A stretch of DNA of 64,000 nt from Bugula neritina (taxonomy: Eukaryota > Animalia > Bryozoa), in the NCBI GenBank assembly GCA_964035545.1, contig OZ037772.1, positions 5,810,689 to 5,874,688 of the forward strand, written 5' to 3'. Under the pieces are notes generated by a model. That model saw nothing but the letters and a program-made list of their open reading frames with translations, ran no database searches and was not told the origin of the DNA. The translations under genes were made by a program, and so were the position numbers. Numbering within the stretch: the first letter of the stretch is position 1; the number at the start of each line of letters is the position of its first letter. Shown here piece after piece: positions 63,461 through 64,000 of this stretch.

Positions 63461-64000
63461 TAATATCTGAGACTGTAAAAGAACAAAACGAGCATACTAG
63501 ATTTCAATGTAGACACAAATATTCTCTATATTCCACCACACTGCTGTAGCTCATCTCCAGAACAGGTTCTGTCACACTCCTCATCACTCACAGCAGACCC
63601 ATTTTTCCCCAGTCTATCATTTTCACAAAAACATTTGATAGAATTGAAACCCTGCTCACAAAAGGTTTCTATTATTTGACAGCATGGTATTTCGATCTTA
63701 TTTGTTTGTTCTATTGCATTCATTTTATTAGCACTATTATCATTTTAGTAGTATAGTAGTATAAGTTCAGTATGTTTAATGATTATATTAGTATTATTAT
63801 TATCATTTTTAGACTAATATAATCATTTATTACAAAAGATATATGTAAACTAAATTTTTTTGTTCAAATGTTTGATAACTAAAATGTTTGATAGTAGGAT
63901 CATAATCAATATAAAAAATAAAGCTGCTGAATAATTTTTGACAAAAGGCACATTAAACTATAATCCACAAGTAGAAAGTTGTACTGATTGAATTTTTTGG

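Larger units (their letters stand above)
62627..63651 (-). pseudogene. WSC + PAN-like gene, last two exons; probable pseudogene (5' part not identified, probably beyond the window)
   Basis: WSC exon 63651-63498 reads KCFCENDRLG...CDRTCSGDELQQCGGI*RIFV, with in-frame TAG (63528-63526) at the conserved Trp position. PAN exon 62892-62627 reads CALLCQRQESCAGFTFDKTTGND and lacks the fourth Cys. Confidence 0.6.

Overview
AT-rich animal genomic DNA, probably lophotrochozoan judging by the lamin-tail-bearing intermediate filament gene (taxon is inference). All gene models were built by eye from GT/GC-AG sites and exon phases. Left to right: (1) a ~7.1 kb tandem duplication carrying four intact 4-exon genes for small secreted WSC + PAN/Apple-like proteins (A1, B1, A2, B2; + strand); (2) IgR1, a 12-exon type I membrane protein with two copies of a module of three Ig-like domains plus a Ser/Thr stalk (- strand); (3) a secreted PAN + F-type lectin gene (+); (4) IgR2, a paralog that stops right after its first module and is followed by a decayed second-module exon (-); (5) a 13-exon cytoplasmic intermediate filament gene (-); (6) three hammerhead ribozyme motifs between (TA)n tracts; (7) IgR3, a single-module paralog with TM and short tail (+); (8) a probable WSC+PAN pseudogene (-). 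Two tRNA-derived SINE families, several inverted-repeat elements and many microsatellites are interspersed. The most striking signal is the family of non-canonical Ig-like receptors with a very divergent distal domain and a conserved proximal domain. Each lies tail-to-tail with a secreted PAN-domain lectin-like gene, so this is a candidate recognition (immune or allorecognition) locus. Function is hypothesis only.
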